Counted from the stretch's first letter, positions 1-7,650 are shown. The stretch is 32,000 nucleotides of DNA from Trichodesmium erythraeum IMS101 (GCF_000014265.1 NC_008312.1:1140001-1172000), one strand, 5' to 3'. A program made the numbers and translations. The notes: generated from the letters alone by a model not told the origin.

Positions 1-1056
1 AGCTTCGGGAGCTAAAGGTTTTGCTAGACGACGAATAACTTGAGTTAGTCCTGCCCAACTTTGACGAGATTGAGTGCCAAAAATGACTGCTGCATGGGAG
101 AATTCAGCGATCGCTAATCCTCCAAGATCGTGAAAACCTGTTCTGGTATCAAGTAAAATAAAATCTAGTTTCCCTGCTGCTTCATTCAGTTCTTTGAACT
201 TATCAGACGCTGCTTCATTCAGTTCTTTGAACATATCAGACCAAGTTTTTTCCAGTGGGTTATTGACATTGAGCAAATTCTGGCAATCAAGTCTTGCCAA
301 CTTTTCCAGATAGTTATTATCCACATTTCCTGCACTCAGTATAGGTAAAATTCTGTCTTCATCTCCTAATAAATTTTCATCCTTGAATGATTCTAAATGA
401 TCCTTAAGTTCCCAATTCTTACCTTGGATATTTTTCTCTAACAAATAATCAATTATCCCTGGAAGACTCTTCTCTCGATCTGGGAAGAAAAAAGTGAATA
501 TACCAGGAGATTCTAAATCTAAATCGACTACAGCTACTTGATGACCGTGACGAGCTAATGTCAGAGCTGTTGCAACTAATGTTGTTGTGCGACCAACTCC
601 ACCTTTGAAGGAAAAAAACGAAACTATTGCTGGTTTATGACCTTGATCTACTACTTTCTGAGGCCAAGGAGGCTCAGTTTCTTTTTTATTTGTCCATGCT
701 TGTTTAGCAACATGACGCTCTAACACATACCAACGAGGTTGACTTTCATCATCCCATTCAGCGGAAACTCTTTCCGAGCGGATCACATCTATCAAATTTT
801 TATAACCATCTTTTTCTCCTTGTGGTAGCCAAATATCGTGGCCGTAGTAGGAAACGAGTTTATTCTCAAGGCGTTCTTCTAAGTGATTTAGAATAATATC
901 TTCAAGATTTTTGTTTTCTAGAGGTTCCAGGAAAAGTCTAATCTTTCCCTGCACATCGCGAATTATAGTTATTGATTCTAGTTGGTCTTTTATAGAAGAT
1001 TCTTCAAAGCATTCTTGCACTTTGTCAAATGTTTCACTGAAAGTAATATTAGTCAT
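1..1056 (-). CDS. ParA/MinD-fold P-loop ATPase, KGGVGR deviant Walker A variant (partial; 352 codons visible, 3' end lies beyond the window edge)
   Basis: Absent from the ORF track because it runs off the edge. My manual reverse-complement translation from ATG 1056-1054 down to nt 1 is open in frame: MTNITFSETFDKVQECFEES...SWAGLTQVIRRLAKPLAPEA. FKGGVGRTTT (nt ~586-606, residue ~151) is a ParA-type deviant Walker A with Arg where ParA/MinD have the second Lys. It is followed by VAVVDLDLESPG (A' motif) and LDFILLDTRTG (Walker B-like, nt 136-168). Confidence 0.75.
   Translation of the reverse strand, partial: MTNITFSETFDKVQECFEESSIKDQLESITIIRDVQGKIRLFLEPLENKNLEDIILNHLEERLENKLVSYYGHDIWLPQGEKDGYKNLIDVIRSERVSAEWDDESQPRWYVLERHVAKQAWTNKKETEPPWPQKVVDQGHKPAIVSFFSFKGGVGRTTTLVATALTLARHGHQVAVVDLDLESPGIFTFFFPDREKSLPGIIDYLLEKNIQGKNWELKDHLESFKDENLLGDEDRILPILSAGNVDNNYLEKLARLDCQNLLNVNNPLEKTWSDMFKELNEAASDKFKELNEAAGKLDFILLDTRTGFHDLGGLAIAEFSHAAVIFGTQSRQSWAGLTQVIRRLAKPLAPEA
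176..241 (-). repeat. 33-bp x2 in-frame tandem duplication inside the ATPase gene
   Basis: Copies 176-208 and 209-241 (gctgcttcattcagttctttgaac[t/a]tatcagac) differ at one base. They encode SDMFKELNEAA / SDKFKELNEAA immediately N-terminal to the Walker B-like motif. Confidence 0.95.
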
Positions 1057-1581
1057 TTAAAGCTCCTCACTAGATATCCTACCATCCAAAATTAGTTTGG
1101 GAATAATTTCGTTATAGATTTCTGCTGCTCGTTTAACTGCTTCTTTTGCCTTGAATTCCTTGCACCAACCAGACTGAAAATAACGTCGCTCTGGATGATA
1201 TTCAGCTAAAACTGTCCCTTTTATCCGGGAAATTGACAGTTGAGCATCAAGAATAGGATAAATTATCCGTAATCTTCCAATGCCTTTACCTTGAAGTTGT
1301 CTTAAATTGTGACCGAATTTTTGACAAGCTTTATTGTTAATATATTGCTCTACTATAACTTTAAGAGTACATTCTACCACATAGCCTGCCAAGTAAACTG
1401 CATTATCCCAACGATGTTGAGCTAGCATAATTTCTGCATCATATAAATGCCTTCCAGCAGCTTGGATAAATGACTCTTTAAAATGACTCTTAAATGACTC
1501 TTTGATAGATGAATCTTTTGAATCTTTTGAATCTTTTGACTCTTTTGACTCTTTTGACTCTTTGATAGATGAATCTTTCAT
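1057..1581 (-). CDS. HEPN-like domain protein with a K/S/E/D low-complexity N-terminus
   Basis: 174-aa ORF with an ATG start. The core AAGRHLYDAEIMLAQHRWDNAVYLAGYVVECTLKVIV...FGHNLRQL...AEYHPERRYF...EAVKRAAEIYNEI matches the classic HEPN helical pattern (A..hL..A..ll / a.yLaG.avE..LK / H.L..L / RY...eA...a..i). I could not pick out a canonical Rx4-6H RNase motif. The TAA stop (1057-1059) directly abuts the ATG of the ATPase gene. Confidence 0.55.
   Translation of the reverse strand: MKDSSIKESKESKESKDSKDSKDSSIKESFKSHFKESFIQAAGRHLYDAEIMLAQHRWDNAVYLAGYVVECTLKVIVEQYINNKACQKFGHNLRQLQGKGIGRLRIIYPILDAQLSISRIKGTVLAEYHPERRYFQSGWCKEFKAKEAVKRAAEIYNEIIPKLILDGRISSEEL
1470..1581 (-). repeat. Microsatellite-like coding repeat block (9-bp units flanked by a 24-bp direct repeat)
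   Basis: gaatctttt x3 then gactctttt x2-3 (1511-1560). The block is flanked by tgactctttgatagatgaatcttt at 1495-1518 and 1555-1578. Three tgactctt(t)a units lie at 1471-1500. The block encodes MKDSSIKESKESKESKDSKDSKDSSIKESFKSHFKES. Confidence 0.9.
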
Positions 1582-1613
1582 ATTTTAATCAGCTAAGTTT
1601 CTCCCTTTAATGG

Positions 1614-1853
1614 TTAAAAAATATTCTCATCTGGAACTTCTTTATTTGTATAATAAGCTGTCGCTTTCTTGGCCGCAATTTCTACTGGGACATCTTCTGG
1701 CACCAACTGATCACGAATAGGCACTCGCTCCACTATTTTAATACCAGAGTTAATAATAGGGCTATATTTGATATCACTCATCGACACTAAACCCTCAATA
1801 TTACTCATGCCTAAGCAATGAAAAACATCAGCCATTAATTCCCGAAACCGCAT
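1614..1853 (-). CDS. Hypothetical 79-aa protein, first gene of the HEPN/ATPase cassette
   Basis: ATG-initiated ORF with AGGA about 9 nt upstream. Same strand as the HEPN-like gene and 32 nt upstream of it. No motif recognised. Confidence 0.4.
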   Translation of the reverse strand: MRFRELMADVFHCLGMSNIEGLVSMSDIKYSPIINSGIKIVERVPIRDQLVPEDVPVEIAAKKATAYYTNKEVPDENIF

Positions 1854-1972
1854 ATTTTGTAATCCTACTACACATTCAGTCCCAGGAAAATTATGATTTA
1901 TATGGTAGTATAATATAAATCTAACTATTAGTATTTAAATCAACATTAGTCGTAAGTCTTTAGCTATCAGAT

Positions 1973-2007
1973 ACTGAAAACTGTTGACTGTTGACTGATA
2001 ACTGAAA
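1973..2007. repeat. STRR-like heptamer array (actgaaa actgttg actgttg actgata actgaaa)
   Basis: Five contiguous 7-bp units read directly. ACTGTTG is the complement of the cyanobacterial STRR unit CAACAGT. Confidence 0.8.
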
Positions 2008-2185
2008 AAAATGGAGTATTATAACTCTTCGCGCTATAGCTAATGCCTGAATGCTTATTAATTAAGTTAATTATAACTAAAAATTATTAACTGAAAACAA
2101 AGCAGGTAAAAAAGAGAGTTTTGTTACTTATAGCTGATAGTTAATACTTGAATGTTTACTATATTAAATAAACCTAGTAAAAAAT

Positions 2186-3223
2186 ATGAATTATATTAGT
2201 CGCCGTAAATTTATTTACTATACTAGCCTAGCTGTTGGTAATGGCATATTAACAAGTTGTACTAATACTAATAAATCCAATTCAGTAGCTAAAAACGACA
2301 AAAATATTGACAAAGTTACTTATGGAACAAACTGGTATGCTCAAGCCGAACATGGAGGTTTTTATCAAGCAATTGCTACAGGAATTTATGAAAATTATGG
2401 TTTAGAGGTTACTATCAGAATGGGAAATGCTCAAGTCAATGGAACTCAGCTATTAGTAGGAGGTGCAATAGACTTTTACATGGGCTCTAGTCTGAGTGCA
2501 ATTAGTTCTGTAGAAGCCAAAATTCCTACTATTACAGTCGCAGCTATTTTCCAAAAAGATCCTCAAGTATTAATTGCTCATCCAGGGATGGGAAATGACT
2601 CTTTAGAACAATTAAAAGGCAAGGCAATTTTTACCTCATCTTTATCTGAAAAAGGCTATTGGCAATTCCTAAAAAGTAAGTTTAATTATACAGACGATCA
2701 GAAACGTCCTTATAATTTTAGTGTAGCTCCATTTTTATTAGATAAAAATGTAATTCAGCAAGGTTATCTCACATCTGAACCTTTTACAATTCAGCAAAAA
2801 GGAGGCTTTGAACCTGTAGTTATGTTATTAGCAGATGCTGGCTATCAACCTTATGCTACTACTATAGAAACAACAAAAGAAATGGTAGAAAAAAATCCCG
2901 ATTTAGTCCAGAGATTTGTTGATGCTTCAATTAAAGGTTGGTACAGTTATTTAGAAAATCCCGAACCTGCCAATCAACTAATTAAAAAAGATAATCCAGA
3001 AATGACAGATGAATTATTAGCTTATAGTTTAGAAAAAATGAAAGAATATGGTGTTGTTATTTCTGGAGATGTTATTACTAAAGGTATCGGTGCTATGACA
3101 GACCAACGCTGGAAATCATTTTTTGATAGTGTAGTGGAGACCGGAATAATTAAGCCAGCTACTAACTATAAAGAAGCCTTTACTTTACAGTTTGTTAATA
3201 AGGGAGTAGAAGCATATCAATGA
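2186..3223 (+). CDS. Periplasmic solute-binding protein, NMT1/THI5-like (NitT/TauT-type ABC substrate-binding family), Tat-lipoprotein
   Basis: The N-terminus SRRKFIYYTSLAVGNGILTSC combines a twin-arginine motif with a lipobox Cys. YGTNWYAQAEHGGFYQAIATGIYENYGLEVTIRMG is typical of NMT1/THI5-like binding proteins. No permease or ATPase gene is adjacent. Confidence 0.8.
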   Translation: MNYISRRKFIYYTSLAVGNGILTSCTNTNKSNSVAKNDKNIDKVTYGTNWYAQAEHGGFYQAIATGIYENYGLEVTIRMGNAQVNGTQLLVGGAIDFYMGSSLSAISSVEAKIPTITVAAIFQKDPQVLIAHPGMGNDSLEQLKGKAIFTSSLSEKGYWQFLKSKFNYTDDQKRPYNFSVAPFLLDKNVIQQGYLTSEPFTIQQKGGFEPVVMLLADAGYQPYATTIETTKEMVEKNPDLVQRFVDASIKGWYSYLENPEPANQLIKKDNPEMTDELLAYSLEKMKEYGVVISGDVITKGIGAMTDQRWKSFFDSVVETGIIKPATNYKEAFTLQFVNKGVEAYQ

Positions 3224-3387
3224 GTTAATTTTTCGGAAATAAATAACCTTAATTAATATAGTAATATTAAATTGGTTATGATTTTTTTATAAACAATTAA
3301 TTTAAACTAAAAAAGTTTGAAATAATGAATGTAAAAAGCAATCCGATGCTTCCCTTAACTAACTACCCCCAAAATATTACAATTAAA

Positions 3388-3456
3388 ATAGGATTGCTAT
3401 CTTAATAATTGTTAACTAATAACTTATAAACTGGGATAGGATTGCTATATTAATAA
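3388..3456 (+). repeat. 21-bp direct repeat pair upstream of the TerD gene (possible operator or duplicated promoter element)
   Basis: ataggattgctatcttaataa (3388-3408) and ataggattgctatattaataa (3436-3456) match at 20/21 positions with a 48-bp period. The second copy ends 17 nt before the ATG. The 8-mer core occurs inverted (agcaatcc) at 3337-3344. Confidence 0.5.
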
Positions 3457-3473
3457 CCGATAAGAGGTAAATT

Positions 3474-4046
3474 ATGTCTATTAATCTCAGCAAAGGTGAA
3501 AGACTAAATCTTTCCAAAGAATCTCCTAATTTAACACAAGCTGGTATTGGGTTAGGATGGGATATTAATACTACAGATACAGGTTCTGAATTTGATTTAG
3601 ATGCTTCTGTATTTATGTTAGGAGCTAATGCAAAAATTCCTTCAGAAAAATACTTTGTTTTCTACAATAATTTAACATCACCAGATGGTTCTGTTAAACA
3701 TTCAGGAGATAGTAGAACAGGAGAAGGTTCTGGAGATGATGAACTAATAGAAATAGATTTAAAAAAAGTAGATCAAGAAATTCAAGAAATAGTGTTTGTC
3801 GTAACTATTCATGAAGCGGATGCTCGAAGACAAAACTTTGGACAAGTCAGAAATTCTTTTATTAGAATTTGTAATATTACTACTGGAGAAGAAGTAACTA
3901 AATATGAATTAGAGGAAGATTTTTCCCGAGAAACTGCCCTAGAATTTGGGAGACTTTATCGCAAAGATAATGACTGGAGATTCCAAGCTGTTGGACAAGG
4001 TTATAATTCTGGCTTACAAGGGTTTATTGATAAGTATGTTTCTTAG
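3474..4046 (+). CDS. TerD-family stress protein (tellurium resistance TerD/TerE-like, Ca-binding fold)
   Basis: MSINLSKGERLNLSK...GLGWD...FDLDASVFML...FVFYNNL.SPDGSVKHSGDSRTGEGSGDDE..IDL...QNFGQV.NSFIRI...LEFGRLYR....WRFQAVGQGY is the full TerD signature. The RBS is aagagg, 7 nt upstream. Confidence 0.93.
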   Translation: MSINLSKGERLNLSKESPNLTQAGIGLGWDINTTDTGSEFDLDASVFMLGANAKIPSEKYFVFYNNLTSPDGSVKHSGDSRTGEGSGDDELIEIDLKKVDQEIQEIVFVVTIHEADARRQNFGQVRNSFIRICNITTGEEVTKYELEEDFSRETALEFGRLYRKDNDWRFQAVGQGYNSGLQGFIDKYVS

Positions 4047-4738
4047 CTTAAGATTGTAGAGAAATAATGGTAATATTAACCCATAATTTTTTCTTAGGTA
4101 TTGACTAGATAATTCTAGTTCTTATAAAGCATAATTCCCATTGATAAAACGAAAAAATTATACGGCGCTTTCCGTTGTCGGTGAGGTAGAGAAATAGCAC
4201 TTACCAAACTAGTTTTTGCACTAATACTTTTAGTAACAGAATATAAGACGGCAATATATGGGAATTGATATTTTCTGTTGTAAGTGTGTAGTAACTATTT
4301 TCCTGGTGAGTTATTTTGGATATAAGTTCATAAGTATATTATCAAATTTTGATTCCTAAATATACCTCATAAACTGCGGAAACTGCCGTATTTTTTTTTG
4401 ATGATAAATTCTCATATTTATGGGTATTTTCTAAGAAGTCAAATTAGTCATTGACTATAACAGTTGTTATTCTTGTTTTTAGATAATTGATTTAAACAAA
4501 TTGAAATTTATATAAAGGAGAAAGACTTTATCTATCTCAAGAATGAAATGAAAGTTTGAAGTAATCTTGAGTTAGAGTTGATAAATTATATTAATTCAAT
4601 TTATTTATACAACTAAATTACAAATTCAAGAGTTGGAGCTAAAAATATCTCAATTTAAAAAACAAAATACACAATAAAAACATCCTTATTTTAATGTTTA
4701 AGAAGATATTATTATTATGTAAAATTATGGCAGTTAGC

Positions 4739-4771
4739 AACCCTGTAAAAACATCTCCCCAAGACAGGGTT
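4739..4771 (-). terminator. Hairpin downstream of rsmA (possible terminator)
   Basis: aaccctgt (4739-4746) pairs with acagggtt (4764-4771): an 8-bp perfect stem with a 17-nt loop, 12 nt past the rsmA stop. There is no clear U-tract on the minus strand. Confidence 0.35.
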
Positions 4772-4782
4772 GCGCGACTTAA

Positions 4783-5628
4783 TTACTTTAATAGTTTATT
4801 GTGAGAGTGTAAAAAATGCTCTAAACTATTTGCTAAGGTAACCCACTCCTGAACAGTTAAATCTTCTGCACGACTTTGGGGGTTAACTTTTAAGTTTTCT
4901 AATAACTCGAAAAGGCGATCGCGCTCAACAACTGCTTTGAGGTTATTTCTCAACATTTTCCGTTTACTAGCAAAACCTAATTTAACTAACATTTCCATTT
5001 GTTTCGGGTTATTTGCCTGGGGTTCTATTAATTGAGGCCGTAGTCGTATTACTGCTGAATCTACTTTGGGTGGTGGATAAAATGCTTTAGCAGGTACATC
5101 ACAAATAAATTCACATTTGGCTAAATATTGAATTTTTACTGATAAGGAACTATAAGCTTTTGAATCTGGTTTTGCACAAATTCTATCTGCCACTTCTTTT
5201 TGTAATAATAAGACAATTAAATCATAAGTATTGGTTAGAGGTTGGGAAATTGTTCCTAATAGTTTTTCTAATATTAATCCAGTAATATTATAAGGTATAT
5301 TAGCTACAACTTTATGAGGATTTTGGAAACCTATAAATTGTGCTAAATTTGTTTCTAAATCTAGGGATAAAATATCTCCTTGTAATAATAAAAAATTTTT
5401 GACTCTGCCAAATTTTTTGACTAACTTTTGACATAAATCTCTATCAATTTCTACTGCCACAACTGAAGCTGCTAGAGGCAATAAACGATGAGTGAGGACC
5501 CCTGTACCTGGCCCAATTTCTAGGATGCGATCGCTCTCAGATAATTCAGCAGCTTGGATAATTTTATTGAGAGCTTTATCACTCAATAGCCAATGTTGAG
5601 CAAATCTTTTTCGAGGTTGAATAGTCAT
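4783..5628 (-). CDS. rsmA: 16S rRNA (adenine1518/1519-N6)-dimethyltransferase
   Basis: RKRFAQHWL, SAM motif ILEIGPGTGVLT, and NIPYNIT, at the full KsgA/RsmA length (281 aa). Confidence 0.93.
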   Translation of the reverse strand: MTIQPRKRFAQHWLLSDKALNKIIQAAELSESDRILEIGPGTGVLTHRLLPLAASVVAVEIDRDLCQKLVKKFGRVKNFLLLQGDILSLDLETNLAQFIGFQNPHKVVANIPYNITGLILEKLLGTISQPLTNTYDLIVLLLQKEVADRICAKPDSKAYSSLSVKIQYLAKCEFICDVPAKAFYPPPKVDSAVIRLRPQLIEPQANNPKQMEMLVKLGFASKRKMLRNNLKAVVERDRLFELLENLKVNPQSRAEDLTVQEWVTLANSLEHFLHSHNKLLK

Positions 5629-5630
5629 TT

Positions 5631-5658
5631 TAGTTATCAGTTATCATTTATCAGCTAC
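5631..5658. repeat. STRR-like heptamer array (tagttat cagttat catttat cagctac)
   Basis: Four contiguous 7-bp units starting 3 nt upstream of the rsmA start codon. Confidence 0.7.
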
Positions 5659-6045
5659 CCTAGCAATAGCAAGAATATTTTCTTTTTTTTATACCCTTAA
5701 AAGAGTCATAAATAGAACCAGCCAGATTTTTATATATCATAATATATACAACAGATGGTGAGATAGGTAAACCATCAAATTTGGGGATACCACGGAAATT
5801 AAAAGTAATTTTATTTCTTTTTTCTTTCTCAATATCTAATAATTGAAAAAAATCCCGTACGCTCCATTTAGAAGACTTTATAGATCCCTTACCCCATTAG
5901 GGGTAAATTGGAGAATGAAAACGTCACGCCGCTAACCCCGCCCCCATCTCCACATTTAGATATATCAGAAAAAAGTTTTATAAGCTTAAGATAATGTATC
6001 GTTTCCAAAGCTATAGTGAATGCTTTCGACCTTTTGACCTCCCAA

Positions 6046-7389
6046 CTATATTTCAGTAAAATGTTTATACAATAAATAATGAATAAATTGATAGCGATCG
6101 CCTATTCTTTGTAACAATAATTGACTACTAGCATAATTAAGAAAACGACGATAATTCCAAGGAATATGCCCATTATTAAATAAAACAATTCGCAGCACCA
6201 ATTTTTTTAATCCTGGGAAACCAAGCTTTCCACCAATTAAGCCACCAATAGTACCACTAATTAACCCTTCCTTTAATTCCCAAACATATCCAAAAATAAA
6301 TCCAAAAGTAAACCCCCAAAATAATATACTAATCAAATTAACAATTAACTTATATGCTTGTAACTCGCCATTAGTATCCAACCAACTTGGCTGTAATTTT
6401 TTTATTCTAAATTCCTGAATATTTTCTGCTGCCATTCGTTTTGCTAACCATGCCAACCATCGTCTTGTTTGTTCTGGCAGTGGTTCTTGACCCCTAGAAT
6501 ACCATTTATCCTTATTTTCTACCCCTAATTGAAAACGAACATAAGCATTTAATAAATATTTTTCTCTTATCTGTTTAGAAGTAATTCTTCTCCAAGCAGC
6601 AATTAAAATTTCCTCATAAGCTAAAGTCATCATGCTTAACATTAATGGTATTTTAGCTAAGTTCAATAACTCTGGTTCATCCTGAATATATACCCAAAGT
6701 TCTCGACTTCTAGACGCCAATAAATAATCTTTAATATGACTGTTTTTTAAAGGTTGTAACAAAACAGCAGCATTCACTCTCAACTTATTGTAACAATTTT
6801 TATAAGCTGCAAAACTACTACAAACAACTAAATGTTTAGGTTGAAAATCTACTGATAATTTGTTAATCTCTTCTAAGCAATACTCAGATAATTCTGGGGA
6901 TACTTGATCGAACCCATCTATTAAAGGTAATATTAGCTTATTTTCTAGCCATTCCCTAGTAACTTTCAAGGATATGTTGTATTTAAACTTAAGTTGATAG
7001 ACTAACCAATCTGAAATTTTATGATTAGGATTTTTCCATGTGGAAAGATCTAATAAGACTGGAATTGGTAAGTTTTGTTCTTTTTCAGCCCTAATCACAA
7101 GCCTTCTTGCTAATTCCAGTAAAGTTGTAGTTTTGCCACCTCCAGGATTTCCTAATATAAGTAATTTTCCTTTCATACGGTCAAAAACTTGTATGATATT
7201 TACTTGCTCAGGAAGTTTAAAAATAGGGCGCTTTCCTACTTTTACTTCTAGCTCCCAAGAACGTTTTAATTGTTGTGGTGGTTGCTGACGAACCAGATTA
7301 ATTATTACTGCATGGTGTATAGACTGCGATCGCAGTTGCAGAACTTCTCTCTTAACTATATTTAATAGTTTATCGCGATTTCTTTGCAC
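6046..7389 (-). CDS. NACHT-domain STAND NTPase with an internal hydrophobic/transmembrane segment
   Basis: Walker A LLILGNPGGGKTTTLLELA (nt 7126-7152) and Walker B LILPLIDGFDQV. The motifs VVCSS, LQPL and IPLMLSMMTLAY follow the cyanobacterial NACHT pattern. YKLIVNLISILFWGFTFGFIFGYVW plus GLISGTIGGLIGGKLGF (nt ~6214-6354) is hydrophobic and Gly-rich. The C-terminal YQFIHYLLYKHF is the usual NACHT-associated motif. The annotated start is GTG, so the true start is uncertain. Confidence 0.8.
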   Translation of the reverse strand: MQRNRDKLLNIVKREVLQLRSQSIHHAVIINLVRQQPPQQLKRSWELEVKVGKRPIFKLPEQVNIIQVFDRMKGKLLILGNPGGGKTTTLLELARRLVIRAEKEQNLPIPVLLDLSTWKNPNHKISDWLVYQLKFKYNISLKVTREWLENKLILPLIDGFDQVSPELSEYCLEEINKLSVDFQPKHLVVCSSFAAYKNCYNKLRVNAAVLLQPLKNSHIKDYLLASRSRELWVYIQDEPELLNLAKIPLMLSMMTLAYEEILIAAWRRITSKQIREKYLLNAYVRFQLGVENKDKWYSRGQEPLPEQTRRWLAWLAKRMAAENIQEFRIKKLQPSWLDTNGELQAYKLIVNLISILFWGFTFGFIFGYVWELKEGLISGTIGGLIGGKLGFPGLKKLVLRIVLFNNGHIPWNYRRFLNYASSQLLLQRIGDRYQFIHYLLYKHFTEI

Positions 7390-7650
7390 CTTTGTATAAC
7401 TCTATTTTAAATGGTTTAGTTAGCTATTATATTGTTAAAATATTAAGCACTTAAAACTTAATTTTTACTCTCCCCTAGTTTGAGATTAGATATACAGTTT
7501 AATAGACTAAAAATGATAAAAAATGTAATTAATTTTGTCTGTCTGCTTAACAGCATATCTTAGCTTTAATAGCTAATAGTAAAGCTTTTTATTTAAATGA
7601 AAATTGACTAAAAAAGTGAAATAAAATTAAGTTAATCAAGGAATAAAATT

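Noticed and set aside
1470-1581. A CRISPR array, or CRISPR arrays anywhere in the window
   Set aside because: The only regular short repeats are 7-, 9- and 12-bp units, or coding tandem duplications with no unique spacers of 25-40 bp. No CRISPR-like repeat-spacer architecture was seen.
1614-1853. Could the 79-aa ORF be the MNT (minimal nucleotidyltransferase) antitoxin partner of the HEPN-like protein?
   Set aside because: I see no GSxxxG / DxD nucleotidyltransferase motif, and the protein is too short. It is kept as a hypothetical protein only.
1860-2185. TPP (THI-box) riboswitch upstream of the NMT1/THI5-like binding protein gene
   Set aside because: No CTGAGA ... ACCTGA-type conserved core was found. 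The region is AT-rich with only an STRR heptamer array.
5663-5906. 78-codon stop-to-stop open frame on the minus strand (..SVRDFFQLLDIEKEKRNKITFNFRGIPKFDGLPISPSVVYIMIYKNLAGSIYDSFKGIKKRKYSCYC*), plus a perfect 7-bp hairpin ttacccc-atta-ggggtaa at 5889-5906
   Set aside because: There is no ATG/GTG/TTG start apart from a late internal ATG, and no motif I recognise. It may be another gene remnant, but I cannot support a call.
7040-7288. 82-aa plus-strand ORF
   Set aside because: It lies entirely antisense within the NACHT CDS and has a low-complexity composition. It is a shadow ORF.
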